Assembly: GCA_951406725.2 (NCBI GenBank)
Contig: OX597840.1
Span: 15,686,001-15,750,000 of the forward strand
Source: Octopus vulgaris
Taxonomy: Eukaryota
Direction of reading: 5' to 3'
Length of the DNA: 64,000 bases
The notes beneath the pieces are model-generated. The model ran no database searches, was not told the origin of the DNA, and saw nothing but the letters and a program-made list of their open reading frames with translations. Positions 25,745-39,395 of this stretch are shown here, piece after piece (the stretch's first letter is position 1; each line of letters opens with the position of its first letter). The translations under genes were made by a program, and so were the position numbers.

Positions 25745-26113
25745 AGGCGCAAGAGTGACTGTGTAGTAAATAGCTTGCTTACCAACCACATGGTTCCCAG
25801 TTCAGTCCCACAGCATGGCACCTTGGGCAAGTGTCTTCTACTATAGCTTCGGGCCGACCAAAGCTTTGTGACCGGATTTGGTAGATGGAAACTGAAAGAA
25901 GCCTGTCGTATATATGTCTGTGTTTGTTCCCCCAACATCACTTGATAACCAATGCTGATGTGTTTACGTCCCCGTAACTTAGCAGTTTGGCAAAAGAGAC
26001 CAATAGAATTAGTACTAGCTTACAAAAAGTAAAGCCTGGGGTCGATTTGCCCTACCAAAGGCGGTGCTCCAGCATCGCCACAGTTAAATGACTGAAACAT
26101 GTAAAAGAGGAAA
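25745..26113 (+). mobile_element. SINE family A
   Basis: Full-length copy. Confidence 0.9.
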
Positions 26114-27059
26114 AGCGATATTTTTAAATCTAATTTTTGACAAAGAAAAAGGGTCCCTTATACACATTAAAATACCATAATCTGTCTAGCTAAAAATACG
26201 CAGAAGCGCTTTGATTAATTAATTAATCCCCTATATTTTACATGTATGTATGTGCTTTTGAATATTTATATGTATATATGTGTATCTGTGTGTGTATGCT
26301 TATGATGCGTGTACATATTACATAAACTGTGGATCACTTAAGTTCTGTGATTTACGACATTTGTCGCTCTACTGTTCTTGACATTAAAGAAAACAGAAAT
26401 GATCAGGAAGAAGATTATAAAATTTTCTGCACCTCTTTTAGCCATTAGAAATCAGTTTATTACCGAACAAACAAGTTTGGCATTTAAAAGACTTTGCTTA
26501 TCACCAGCTATAACAACAGCAGTGGCAACATTAACAGCAACAACAATAACAACATTAGTAGTAGTAGTAATAGTAGTAGTAGTAGTAGTAGTAGTAGTAA
26601 CTACATAACAGAAATATGAAGGACAAATGCTCAAACTTAAACAAGGAAACTGCTTTTGTTTGTTTGTTTTTCCTTTCTTTTTATTACATTTATTTCTTAT
26701 CCGAAACCTGCATTCTTGAACAATTGACTGATTGGCCACCATTATTGATGCGAGAGACAAATTTATCTGCTAATCACTGGTTCCTGATCTTCTCGCTAAG
26801 GAAATATAACGGTGTGAAAGGGTGGTGGAATGGTGTGGATCCTGATGCTATCCGTCACCAAAAACAATGCAAATAATTTCCTGTTACTTTGTCAGATCAC
26901 TCCGTTCGTAATTTGTCCTCGCTGCCACCATCACCACTGCCACTTTCATTTATAGCCCTTTATTTCTGTTACAAGCTTTATGTCTCTCTGTCTGTCTCTC
27001 TATCTATCTGTGTATCTGTCTCTCTATGTTGCTTTCTGTCTGTCGATTTGTTTGTCTTA

Positions 27060-27213
27060 CTCTCTACTCTCTCTCTCCCTCCCTCATTCTCTCCCTCCCT
27101 CCCTCTCTCCCTCCCTCCCTCTCTCTCTCTCCCTCCCTCTCTCTCTCTCCCTCCCTCTCTCTCTCTCTCCCTCCCTCTCTCTCTCTCCCTCTCTCTCCCT
27201 CTCTCTCTCTTCT
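27060..27213. repeat. Polypyrimidine (CT/CCCT)n tract
   Basis: About 150 bp, almost purely pyrimidine; H-DNA-prone. Confidence 0.9.
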
Positions 27214-27481
27214 TTACTATCAGTGTGTAAAGAAGTAAGTATGACTGTGTACAACAGTGTGGTACTAGGTTCAATTTTACTGTATGGCACCTTCGCCTTC
27301 TATTATAGCTTGTGGTTGATTGGTTGATCAATACCTTGCAGATGGAATGTACCAGCCAGAGATTATGCAAGAAGCACATTGTGTGTGTGTGTGTAGGTAC
27401 ATATATTTATATATGCGTGTGTGTGTTTGCATGTTTTGAGTATATATATATTATATATATATATGTGTATATATGTATATA

Positions 27482-27532
<51 letters not shown>

Positions 27533-27540
27533 ATATATAT

Positions 27541-27838
27541 CACCGTGACCGACCAGGTCATCAGATGTTGTTACACATAGCTGGTCACAATGCACTTTGC
27601 ATTGTTTTAGCCTTCAAATGACGCCACCCCGCTGGCTAAGCGAGCAGGCCAACAGAAGAAAGAGTGAGAGAAAGTTGTGGCGAAAGAGTACAGCAGGGAT
27701 CGCCACCACCCCCTGCCGGAGCCTCGTGGTGCTTTAGGTGTTTTCGCTCAATAAACACTCACAACGCCTGGTCTGGGAATCGAAACCGCGATCCTACAAC
27801 CGTGAGTCCGCTGCCCTAACCACTAGGCCATTGCGCCT

Positions 27839-27889
<51 letters not shown>

Positions 27890-28040
27890 GAGGCGCAATG
27901 GCCTAGTGGTTAGGCAGCGGACTCACGGTTGTAGGATCGCGGTTTCGATTCCCAGACCAGGCGTTGTGAGTGTTTATTGAGCGAAAACACCTAAAGCACC
28001 ACGAGGCTCCGGCAGGGGTGGTGGCGATCCCTGGTGTACT
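27541..28040. mobile_element. Family-C SINE (minus) plus an inverted duplicate of its 5' half across (AT)n
   Basis: 27687-27841 is the reverse complement of 27887-28040 with about 3-4 differences. Confidence 0.9.
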
Positions 28041-28114
28041 GAAGATTTCTGAAGATTCCTGAAGATTTCTCTTGAATGAAACAGTACTAGTCCTGTAGAA
28101 GCTCCTTCTATATA

Positions 28115-28273
<159 letters not shown>

Positions 28274-28279
28274 GTATTT

Positions 28280-28797
28280 TTATATTTCGGAATGGTCATA
28301 TTGCCAGTTTAGCCAATAAAAACACACGCACTATATATTTGGTGTTATTTTGCTTCAGTGATATTTATTTTTTACATTAATCTTAATCTTATTTCGGCCA
28401 AAGTTCTTTTGTCACACTCCTGTGACCGCATCAGTGGTCCTTTGTTTTCTTCTCACTTACTTGTGTCTCTCCTTACTAACCGTCAGCCATTTTGTATTTC
28501 TATTACAAAATAGAAATACAAAATGGCTGACGGTTAGTAAGGAGAGACACAAGTAAGTGAGAAGAAAACAAAGGACCACTGATGCGGTCACAGGAGTGTG
28601 ACGAAAGAACTTTGGCCGAAATAAGATTAAGATTAATGTAAAAAATAAATATCACTGAAGCAAAATAACACCAAATATATAGTGCGTGTGTTTTTATTGG
28701 CTAAACTGGCAATATGACCATTCCGAAATATAACAATATCTGTTTCAACACACGACTTCACATAAAAAATCTTGCACAACAAATATTTAAACGTACT
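28280..28797. mobile_element. Fold-back element (225-bp arms, 4-nt loop) with a hammerhead-like motif and a one-sided tail
   Basis: 28280-28504 is the reverse complement of 28509-28733 with one mismatch seen; tail 28734-28797. Confidence 0.75.
28573..28617 (+). ncRNA. Candidate minimal hammerhead-like motif (core CUGAUGC)
   Basis: GG(A)CCA-CUGAUGC-G-GUCACA ggag UGUGAC-GAAA-G aa C-UU-UGGCC. Confidence 0.45.
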
Positions 28798-28915
28798 ATA
28801 TATACATGTATATATATATATACATGTATATATATATACATGTATATATATATACATGTATATATATATACATGTATATATATCTATATATATACATGTA
28901 TATATATCTATATCT

Positions 28916-28958
<43 letters not shown>

Positions 28959-28960
28959 TA

Positions 28961-28993
<33 letters not shown>

Positions 28994-29127
28994 GCATATA
29001 TCTATATATATGTGTATATGTATATATATGCATATATCTATATATATGCATATATCTATATATATGTGTATATGTATATATATGCATATATCTATATATA
29101 TGTGTATATCTATATATATATATACAC

Positions 29128-29158
<31 letters not shown>

Positions 29159-29173
29159 TTCACGTATGTATAT

Positions 29174-29207
<34 letters not shown>

Positions 29208-29829
29208 TTATGCATATACATGCAATTGTTAACATAATTTCCTGTGAATTATATATATAATAGATGACAGGTCTACTTGCACCAATGGCTAACTGTATTG
29301 ATAGTAATGTCCTGAACCCTTAGAATAGTGACAGATGGGTCGTTGGGGGGGGGCAGATTCTTTGACAAAGTCAAATACAGTTGATGCATAGCAAAGTGTT
29401 AAACTACTGAATAATTCAATTCTCCAATGTTCACACTGATGTATAAACATTGTCTCAGTGTTAGGCTACGTTCTCTGTGTGTGTGTGTGTGTGTGTATAG
29501 GCATAGGAGTGGCTGTGTGGTAAGTAGTTTACCCCTTTTTTAGCTACCACCTCAGCAGCAAGATCAGGCTCAAGAAACAGTAATTGTCACATGAGAAATT
29601 CGGGAAGAGATGGAAGCCTGTGGTAAGAAAGCTGGGAGTGATTGGCACCAAGTAAGTGGAGCCCTGGAAGAATGGAAGAAAAGCAAAGGCCCTACCCTGA
29701 TGTCGGATGCCTTTCCTTCGGTGTCACGTTGCATAACGCAATGTATTTTATTCTATTTTATCCTTAATTATTCACCTTTTACATATTTTTAATCGATTCA
29801 TAACAACGCTTTAAGCTACTTCACCATTC

Positions 29830-29923
29830 TATGTTTGTCTGTCCATGTTTGTCTGTCCATGTTTGTCTGTCCATGTTTGTCTGTCCATGTTTGTCTGTCC
29901 ATGTTTGTCTGTCCATGTTTGTC
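29830..29923. repeat. 14-bp minisatellite (atgtttgtctgtcc) x ~6.5
   Basis: Direct inspection. Confidence 0.95.
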
Positions 29924-29964
29924 CCCTCTGTATTATGCCTACTTGGCAAATTTATTGAAATAAA

Positions 29965-30318
29965 GTAGTTTGCTTACCAACCACTGGTAAGTCCCACTGC
30001 ATGGCACCTTGAGCAAGTGTCTTCTACTATAGCCTCGGGCCGACCAAAGCCTTGTGAGTGGATTTGGTAGACGGAAACTGAAAGAAGCCCGTCGTATATA
30101 TGTATGTGTATGTCTGTGTTTGTCCCCCCCCCCCAACATCGCTTGAAAACCGATGCTGGTGTGTTTACATCCCCGTAACTTAGTGGTTTGGCAAAAGAGA
30201 CTGATAGAATAAGTACTAGGCTTACAAAGAATAAGTCTTGGGGTCGATTTGCTCAACTAAAGGCAGTGCTCCAACATGGCCACAGTCAAATGACTGAAAC
30301 AAGTAAAAGAGTAAAGAG
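29965..30318 (+). mobile_element. SINE family A
   Basis: Body and tail near consensus; head partly deleted. Confidence 0.85.
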
Positions 30319-30547
30319 TATATATATAGTGTTTGGTGGAGTATCCTCTGTAGTCTTAGGCAGGTATTCTCTCTATTTAGTGGAGTTTTGTGTCTCTGTA
30401 GCATTCGCAGGGTGTATTCTGTGTAGCTTCCAGGATCTGATGGGTATTCTCTGTAGTGTTTAGTCGGGTATTTCTGTGTCAGGCTGGTGTGTTCTCTGTA
30501 GTGTTTCATCGGGTATTGTCTGTTTTAAGCTGGTGTGTGTTCTCTGT

Positions 30548-31005
30548 AGGTGCAGACATGGTTGTGTGGTAAGAATCTTACTTCCGATCCACATGGCTCT
30601 GTGTTCAGTTCCACTGCATAGCACCTTGGGCAAGTGTCTTCTACTATAACCTCGGACCAACCATAGTCTTGTGAGTGGATTTGGTAAACGGAAACTGGAA
30701 GAAGCCCATCGTATATATATCTATATATGTGTATGTTTCTGTATCTGTGTCTGTCCCCAACACTGCTTGACAATTGTTGTTGGTGAAGTTACATCCCCAT
30801 GACTTAGCAGTTTGGCAAAAGGGACCAATAGAATAAGTAAGGCTTTAAAAGTAGAAAGTCATAGAGTTTAATTCATTCAACTAAAAATTCTTCAAGGTGA
30901 TGCCCCAACATGGCTACAGTCTAATGCCATGATTCCCAACCTGGGGTTCACAGACCCCTGATGGTCCACAAAGGTAGTACTAGTGATCTGTGAACTAAAT
31001 TCAAA

Positions 31006-31036
<31 letters not shown>

Positions 31037-31320
31037 CAAAAGGATGTGTTATAACACTGTTCCACAGCTATACGAACAATCCAACATACCTCCATCATCA
31101 GCTACCTCACGGATATCATTATGGTTTCGACACCTGGGCAGTACCATTCGATCCAGCAGTGTCAACAACACTAAAATAAGTGTTGTTTGAGAACAAATAT
31201 ACCAAAAAAAGTATAATCATATTAAAAGGGGTCTGTGGGAAAACTCATTTAAATAAAAGGGTTGGAAACCACTGTGAAAAGGTTAGGAACCACTGGTCTA
31301 ATGGGTGAAACAAATAACAA
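30548..31320 (+). mobile_element. SINE family A with a hAT MITE inserted in its tail
   Basis: The tail resumes after 31303. Confidence 0.8.
30927..31295. mobile_element. hAT (Charlie-like) MITE
   Basis: Perfect 8-bp TSD gtctaatg (30919-30926 and 31296-31303). Termini ccatgattcccaacc / ggttaggaaccactg; the right TIR is duplicated. Confidence 0.8.
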
Positions 31321-32039
31321 AACAAAAAACATATACATACATATTCATTCATCCATTTTATGTTCATTTTTCCATAGTAGCATGAGTTAGATGATTATGT
31401 ATTAAAGCATTGCTTTCTAGCTAGGTATCTCTACACCTTACCAGTTTTAGCATGCATGTTCAAAAGCACAGAGCCAGCAGTTGATTTGTTGACAGGAACA
31501 GCACCATTTGTAGCTCAACAATTTGGGAAAAAAATCATTAATGTAAATATTCACACAAATACAAAAATATAGTTTATATTGGCATACTTCCTCAGAAATA
31601 GTGATACTTGCATATGTGTATATAAATTATGTCTGCAGACACACAAACATGTCATTGTCATCATCATATGTAACATCCCTTTATCTATGCTGGTATGGGT
31701 TGAATGGTTTGACAAGAACAGACAAGCTAGAGGCCTGTGCCAAGCTCTATGTCCATATTTACATAGTTTCTTCATGCTCTTTCTAATGCCAAACAAAATA
31801 ACTTTCTTTCTCCCATTCATTCTCCTCTTTTTATAGACTATCATAATAACACTTCCATGCTTCTGTCTTTTCATAATCTCTATGTGCAAGTGTCCAATTA
31901 TCCTTCTGCTCACACCTCTCTCCCACAACATCTCAGTTCTCACTGGTTTACTGCTTTGCAGTCTGGAAGAGATCATTGCCTTTTTTCCTCATGTTGTACA
32001 ACATTGGCAGATCTCTTCTTTTCTGCTTCTCCCCCGGCT

Positions 32040-32250
32040 CTTTTACTCTTTTACTTGTTTCAGTCATTTGACTGTGGCCATGCTGGCGCACCACCTTTAG
32101 TCGAGCAAATTGACCCCAGGACTTATTCTTTGCAAGCCTAGTACTTATTCTATCAGTCTCTTGCCAAACTACTAAGTTACGGGAATGTAAACACACCAGC
32201 ATCAGTTGTCAAGCGATGTTGGGGGGACAAACACAGACACACAAACACAA

Positions 32251-32291
<41 letters not shown>

Positions 32292-32450
32292 CAACAGGCT
32301 TCTTTTAGTTTCTGTCTACCAAATCCACTCACAAGGCTTTGGTGGGCCCGAGGCTATAGTAGAAGAGACTTGCCCAAGATGTCACGTAGTGAGACTGAAC
32401 CCAGATCCAAGTGGTTGGTAAGCAAGCTACTTACCACACAGCCACTCCCA
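32040..32450 (-). mobile_element. SINE family A
   Basis: Full-length minus copy. Confidence 0.9.
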
Positions 32451-32589
32451 TAGATTTATTACTTAGCTTCTCTACTAGCTACCTGGTAAAATTCTCTGCT
32501 AAACTCATTCTTCCAAACCTGCCTCTCACTTTAATTCTCTGTCTACTTCCCTATCCTAATGTTACCATATCACTCTGGGTCTGGCTAGA

Positions 32590-33520
32590 ATTTAGCACCA
32601 GTCATAGATTTAGTCTGTAACCCTCAGTAGGTTGTCTTGTAAAAACTTCCGGCTGTCCTCCTATGCTATAAGTCTGTATCCCTTCTTCCTTTTTGTGAAA
32701 TGCTCTGATTCATACATCTCTAAATCTTTGACTATTTGAAGGCTCCTTAAGCACCCAAGTCTTCTTTTGGTTTATGTCTCTGAGACCTTCTAACTCTAAG
32801 TCTTAAATTACTAACAACTAACCTATGTTGGATAGTATTCTTCACTAGGAAGGGGCTTTGCATTCACCAGCATCTATCCATCCTGTTTTCTGGTGAGAAT
32901 GCAATCAATCTTGCTTGTGTGATTAAGTAACTGATAGGTGATTAAGTAACTGATAGGCTCCCTGAAGTTAGCATTGCAGATCAACAAGTTATTAGCATCA
33001 CAGAACTCCAGTAGACTTGTTCCCACCTCATTTCTATAACCAAAGCCTTTACCTCCAAGTACACCACAAATTCCATGAAGCACTGCCCAACATGTCCAAT
33101 GAAATCCCCAGCCACAATAATAAAGTCTTTGTCATCCATCATCAAGATAATTTGTTAAAGGGTTTATAGAAATGGTCCTTCAGTTCCTCTGCCAGTCGAG
33201 TTTGTGAGGCATATGCTGAAATAAATTTTACTGTTGTATAAGTTAATACTCAGTTTAACAATCCTACTCTGACTACCATAATCACTTTATTTATCCATGT
33301 GCCTACACCTCCCACTTCTTCACTTCTATCTAATACGGAAAGTTTGGACCTCTGTTCTCTGCTCATGAGGAGTCTAGTAGAGGTTCCTTGCCATCTCACC
33401 TCTTGTACACAATACACATTTACACACCTGCACTCTGGTATTTCAACAATCTCACTGGATTAAGCTTTCACTGTTCCAATATTTAATGTGACAGCCTTGA
33501 AGATGTAGATTTTGAAAGAG
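32590..33520 (-). mobile_element. Degraded APE endonuclease region of an RTE LINE
   Basis: Minus-strand remnants TLNIGT, QEVRW, SAYA, GDF.GHVG and GFGYRNEVGTSLLEFCDANNLLICNANF...KIDCIL. Confidence 0.8.
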
Positions 33521-33987
33521 TAAGTGATGGAACTGGGATATTGGTTTAAATTTCTGAAAAGAGGATATTTGCAAGTGCCTCTTTCTAGGTAAAGAGTTAA
33601 TGAGTTTGACATTAATAGCACAGCTATTTATTTCTCAATGTCTTAGTTATTTCCCTTAATTGCAGGAACATCAATTAATTGCAGGAACATCAATGCATGA
33701 TATGTACACATCTTGTATACACCTATGCCTAACATATAATCTGCATATACATAAATATACCACATACACACACATATGCCTCTCCTACATTGACATGTAC
33801 ACAAGGATGCATAAGTATGTCTATCTCACACACATGCACAAACATACCTACACATGGACACAAATGCATCATATATAAACATAGAAGCAGTGATGCTTAT
33901 GCATTGGCAGGGAAGAAAAAGATGCAAACCAATCACTGAGAAGGTGGTGAAAAGTGGGGAGGAGAAATGGGAATAAAATTACTACTT

Positions 33988-34024
<37 letters not shown>

Positions 34025-35643
34025 TCATTGATGCAATCATAAGACACACTTGCATACATATGCGCACACATGCATGCACACACACACACACACACACACA
34101 TATCTAACATATCTATGTACATCACTTGATCTTGCAGAGGAGGTGGTTTTCTACGAACTTCTAGTTGTTCAGGTGTTTGTTTAATCTAGCTTAATAATTC
34201 AGTTGAGGTTATAGAAAATGAATTTATTTTCATGACAGCACTTAGAAGTTTACTCTGATCTTGTATTCTAAGATATCATATTTTTTGTTTTTTGTAACAG
34301 TGAAGAATTTTTTATTATTACAGAAGCCACAGGAACTTGAATGTGGGGGATATACTTGTTGCTGAAGTGCTGTATAGACTATATGTTATTAAAGTTATTT
34401 TAAGTGTTATGTGTAACTCACTAATGCGTCTTCTATTGTATGTCTAAAGTTGGAATTATAATTTCAACATTAACTCTTTAAGTCATCCTCATAATATCCT
34501 AATGTATGATCTTGTGGGGAAGAGATTGTATATCTCTTGTGACCAACACTAGATTAGTAGATCAGTGAATTTGTTTTGGCATGTCATCACAAGGAGTAGA
34601 TGCCCTAAAGCACCAATAGGCTCTCCAAATCTCTGTGGACTGTCATAAGAATAATCCCACAAATTGAAGCAGCAGATCTGCAATACCACATTAAAGAGTT
34701 ATGTCCACTGGAAAAGTCTGGACAAAGCTAAATCCATGATCTAAGAAGCCACTGCCAATCTTTGGTACTGTAAGTTTTATTCCATTTCCTCTGTTACTAC
34801 ATTAGAGGTCAAAAACCTTTTCTAGTTATAGCTATCATCCAATTCTTGAATGACTCACGCTATAAAATTACTTTTGACTTAATGAAGGACACCAATTAAT
34901 CAAAGAACTCATTTTAGTTTCAATTTATTTTAATCAGGGAATTTCTCAAACTTTTTAGAAAGTCACAAAGAATCTTTGAAACATGAAAAGCTTGAACAAG
35001 ATGCTACAAAAGTTGGAAAATCTAGTCAAAGCAAAAAGAAAATATGAGATTAAAGAAAATTATTTAAATTTGATACCAAGGATGGTTAAAGTAAAATAAA
35101 ATGAAAGAAAATTATTTAAATTTGAAACCAAGCAGCTGATGAATCAATGTAAAGTTGTTTGTTTTTTGTTCACAATATTGATGTGTTGGACTTGTTAATG
35201 CCAATAATGAAACATTATGACATTATCCAGATGGCCATCCGTCAATTTTGTTCACAAATGGTTTCTGGTGAACTTCAATTTTTAAAATAATTGCTCACAC
35301 AGACAGATAAATACTGCCAAACAATGATTCCTTTTTTTTTTCCTTTTTTTTTTTTTGCCTGGCTAACTAGGTTAGAATGTATTCTGCTTGGATGAATACA
35401 TTTCCTCTCCAAGTCAAAAGCTGTCACTTCGCAAAGAAATCTCATACTCAATCTTTTACCATATTTCATTCCATTTGATTCTATTAGATAATTTTCTGCA
35501 ACATTGTCTCATTCCACATCAACTTAAGGCAGGAGCAGCTGCAGCTCATTTACATATGCCCAAAAATCAACAAAACCAGATTAAAAACACTTTAATTCTT
35601 CGACTAATATTCACAAGAATGCTAGAATCTTGTACTTTAAATA

Positions 35644-36034
35644 CTCTTTACTCTTTTACTTGTTTCAGTCATTTGACTGTGGCCATGCTGGAGCACTGCC
35701 TTTAGTCAAGCAAACTGACCCCAAGACTTATTCTTTGTAAGCCTAGTACTTATTCTACCAGTCTCTTTTGCCGAACCGCTAAGTTACGGGGACGTAAACA
35801 CACCAGCATCGGTTGTCAAGTGATATTGGGGGGACAAACACAGACACACAAACACACACATATATATATACAACGGGCTTCTTTCAGTCTCCATCTACCA
35901 AATCCACTCACAAGGCTTTGGTCGGCCTAAGGCTATAGTTGAAGACGCTTGCCCAAGGTGCCACACAGTGGGACTGAACCCAGAACCATGTGGTTGGTAA
36001 GCAAGCTACTTATCACACAGCCACTCCTGCACCT
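35644..36034 (-). mobile_element. SINE family A
   Basis: Full-length minus copy. Confidence 0.9.
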
Positions 36035-37327
36035 ATATGAGAAAGAGAAGAAGACGTATGCCATTTTATTTCTGAATCTGGTGTTTCTGTAATGGCAGCT
36101 CTTCTTCAAATGCTACAGTATGGCCATATATCCTGTGTACCAGAAGATATTAACATCTTTGAAGTTGTAAATTCAATTAATTTAAATGAGATGTAAAGTC
36201 ATAAAAAGTTGCAAGTCAATCAGAACCACAAAATATGAAGTATTTTTGCTTTCAAAGAATATCATTTCCTTATGCAAATCAAATACTTTTTCCACCATTA
36301 AATTTTTGTCTAAATCTGCAAATGTCACAGAAATAAACCAGATTCCTTGATAAACAATGCAAACCCACACACATACACAAGTACACAAACACTCACAAGC
36401 ACACACACACACTAATATGTATTAAGGAGATTCTATTTTCCAGTATCCATAGATAATAGTCTTTGATTCAGGACAAACTGGAACCTTGGTCCACCACATT
36501 ATTATTGATATATTGATGTGTCAAAGACTTGGTGTGATATATTGTTGTTGTTGTTGTTGTTGTATGAAACAGTAAGAATAAGGAAATCCTTTACTTAGCA
36601 GAGTATACTATTGTTTCTGGACAAACAGTCCAATTTGCAAAGTGGTTGGCATTAGGAAGGGCAACCAGCTACAGAACTATGCCAAAAGGATATCCAGCTA
36701 AAAAAAACTATTTCAAAAGGGTATCCAGCTTCAAAACTATGCTAAAACAGAGAGTGAAGATTGATGCAGTCCTCTGGCTTGCCAGTGCCTGTCAAACTGC
36801 CCAACCCATGCCAGCTTGGAAAACGAACATTAAACAATAATGATGGTGATGTTGAATGGATGTATTGAGCTAGCAGAGTCTATCAAAGCATCAGATAGAA
36901 TACTTTGCAGGATTGGTTTTGAATCTCTGTTCTCTGGGTTCAAATACTGATGAGGTCAGCTTTGGCTTTCATCCACTTAGTATTGGTTTATGGAGTACCA
37001 GTCAAGAACTTAGGTTGAGTTTTGTTTCTTCTCTCCTCACATTGTCTCTCTCAAAATTGGTTAGAGCAAAGAAGATGGTGATTTGTGGAAAAAACATCAA
37101 GGAAAGCAGCAGGAAATCACCTTTGTGGTGTTCAATGAATATTCTATGACAGGCACTTAGCGCTTGTCAGATCAGTCGACAGGGGGCCCTGGTCATTGAC
37201 CTAATGATAGAGTGTGTGTGTGTGTATGCGTATGAGTATGTATATATATACATGTAATATATATAGTTGTGTATATGTGTGTGTATATATATATGTACCT
37301 ATATACATAAGTGTGTATGTGTATATA

Positions 37328-37360
<33 letters not shown>

Positions 37361-38549
37361 GTACCTGAGTGTGTGTGTGATCTTAATAATACATTCTGTA
37401 TCTAGATTGCTCAATAATTTCAGTCAAGATTTTTTATCTGAGTGATTCAAACTACTTCAACCAAGTGTGTGTACGCGTGTTAATATTATTCCAAAATGCC
37501 TAGTGGTATTTCGTTTGTCTTTACATTCTGAGTTCAAATTCCATTGAGGTCGACTGTGCCTTTCATCCTTTCGGGGGTCAATAAATTAAGTACCAGTTGC
37601 ATACTGGGGTCGATCTCATCTACTGGATCCCTCCCCCAAAATTATGAGCCTTGTGCCTAGAGTAGAAAAGAATATTATTCTAAATATATACACTACTTCA
37701 CACTTTGTGGTGATAGATGAGAGAACTCAATACACAGTAGTCTAGAGACATAAAAAAATATATTATTAGACATGTCTGCATTCTAAATTTCTCATGATGT
37801 TTAGACAAGACCAGACCTGGCTGCATTATTAAAAGATGATTTGCCACCAACAGATTTAGAATCAAGAAGAAATCAAAGACTAAAACATTCTTCATTTGTA
37901 AGGCTGCTTGGTATTTCCATAGAACTAAATAATTTTGCTTTTGTTGTTTCTTGGGAGGGTCATCAGGCCAATAATAAACACACATTCTTCTTTTTTATCT
38001 TGTTTCAGTCATTAGACTGTGGCCATGCTGGGGCACCACCTTGGAAAGTTCTTTTAGTTGAATGATTTGATGCCAGTACTCTATGTTGTACTTATTTTAT
38101 CGAACTCTTTTATCGTACTTATCGAACTCTTTTATCGTACTTATTTTATCGAACTCTTTTCCCAAACCACTAAGTTACAGGGATAAACACTCCAGCACTG
38201 GTTGTCAAGCAGTAGTGTCACACAAACACAAAGGTGTGCACACACACATATACACACACGCAAACACACACACGTGAACACACATATTTATAGGCACGTG
38301 GCCTAGTGGTCAGGTTGTTGCACTAACAATCGCTAGATCATGGGTTTGATTCGCCAACTGGCAGCGCATTATGTTCTTGAGCAAGACACTTCATTTCACA
38401 TTACTCCAGTCCACATTTCAGTGGACTTAATTCAGTTGGCCTGCTCGCCTAGCTAGTGGGGTGGTATCATTTGAAGTCTAAAACAATGCAAAACACATTG
38501 TGACTAGTGATGCATAACATCTGATAGCCTGGTTGGTCATGTGATCACA

Positions 38550-38602
<53 letters not shown>

Positions 38603-38814
38603 CACACACATAACAGGCTTCTGTCAGTTTCATTCTACCAAATCCATTCACAGGATTTGGTCAGCCCAAGGCACTTACCCAAGATGCTAAACAGTAAGAC
38701 TGAACCCAGGACCATGGGATTGGGAAGCAAGCTTCTTACCACATAGCCATGCTGTGTTCACTTTCACTTCATTGTTGGTAAATTAGTTAATTATTTAACC
38801 AATTAACAGAGTGT

Positions 38815-38994
38815 GTGATTAATTATTCAGTTAATCAATCAGTTGTGTTTGTCCAAAGTCCTTTCATTGCCATTCACAAGACTTGAAGGTGACCAGGAGT
38901 AGAGAGGACATGTCTGTGGATGAGGTTGTGAATGGCAACAGAAGAACTTTGGAAAACACAACTGATTGATTGATTAATCAAATGATTAATCAAA
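38815..38994. mobile_element. Older fold-back element with a degenerate hammerhead
   Basis: 38815-38879 is an imperfect reverse complement of 38926-38994. The two arms together give gtctg-tgGATGA-g-GTTG tgaatgg CAAC-GAAA-g(g/a)actt-tggac. Confidence 0.55.
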
Positions 38995-39395
38995 CAAATG
39001 TTCACTTAGGTGTGTTTCTGTCCCCATAACTTAGCGGTTCGGCCTAAGAGACCAATAGAATAAGTACTAGGCTTACAAACAGTAAGTCCTGGGGTTGATT
39101 TGCTCGACTAAAGGCAGTGTTCCAGCATGGCCACAGTCAAATGACTGAAAAAAATAAAAGGGAGTAAAAGAGAGAATACAAAAGAGTAGATGAGAGGTAT
39201 CACTTCTCTATTGTGTTAAGTAGTTTCACCTGTAGCAGGTGTAATCGGTGCTGCAGATCAAGAGCAGGCCTTGTAACCCACATGCAAATCTTCCAAAGAT
39301 GATTACTAAACAAGACACCAAACTACAACAGACAGCCAAAGAAGAAGATATGTGTTATATATATATATATGTCTTATATAGGTGATATATTTTAC

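Noticed and set aside
27887-27960. tRNA gene-like sequence
   Set aside because: It is the head of SINE family C, continuing straight into the SINE body with no proper acceptor stem or terminator.
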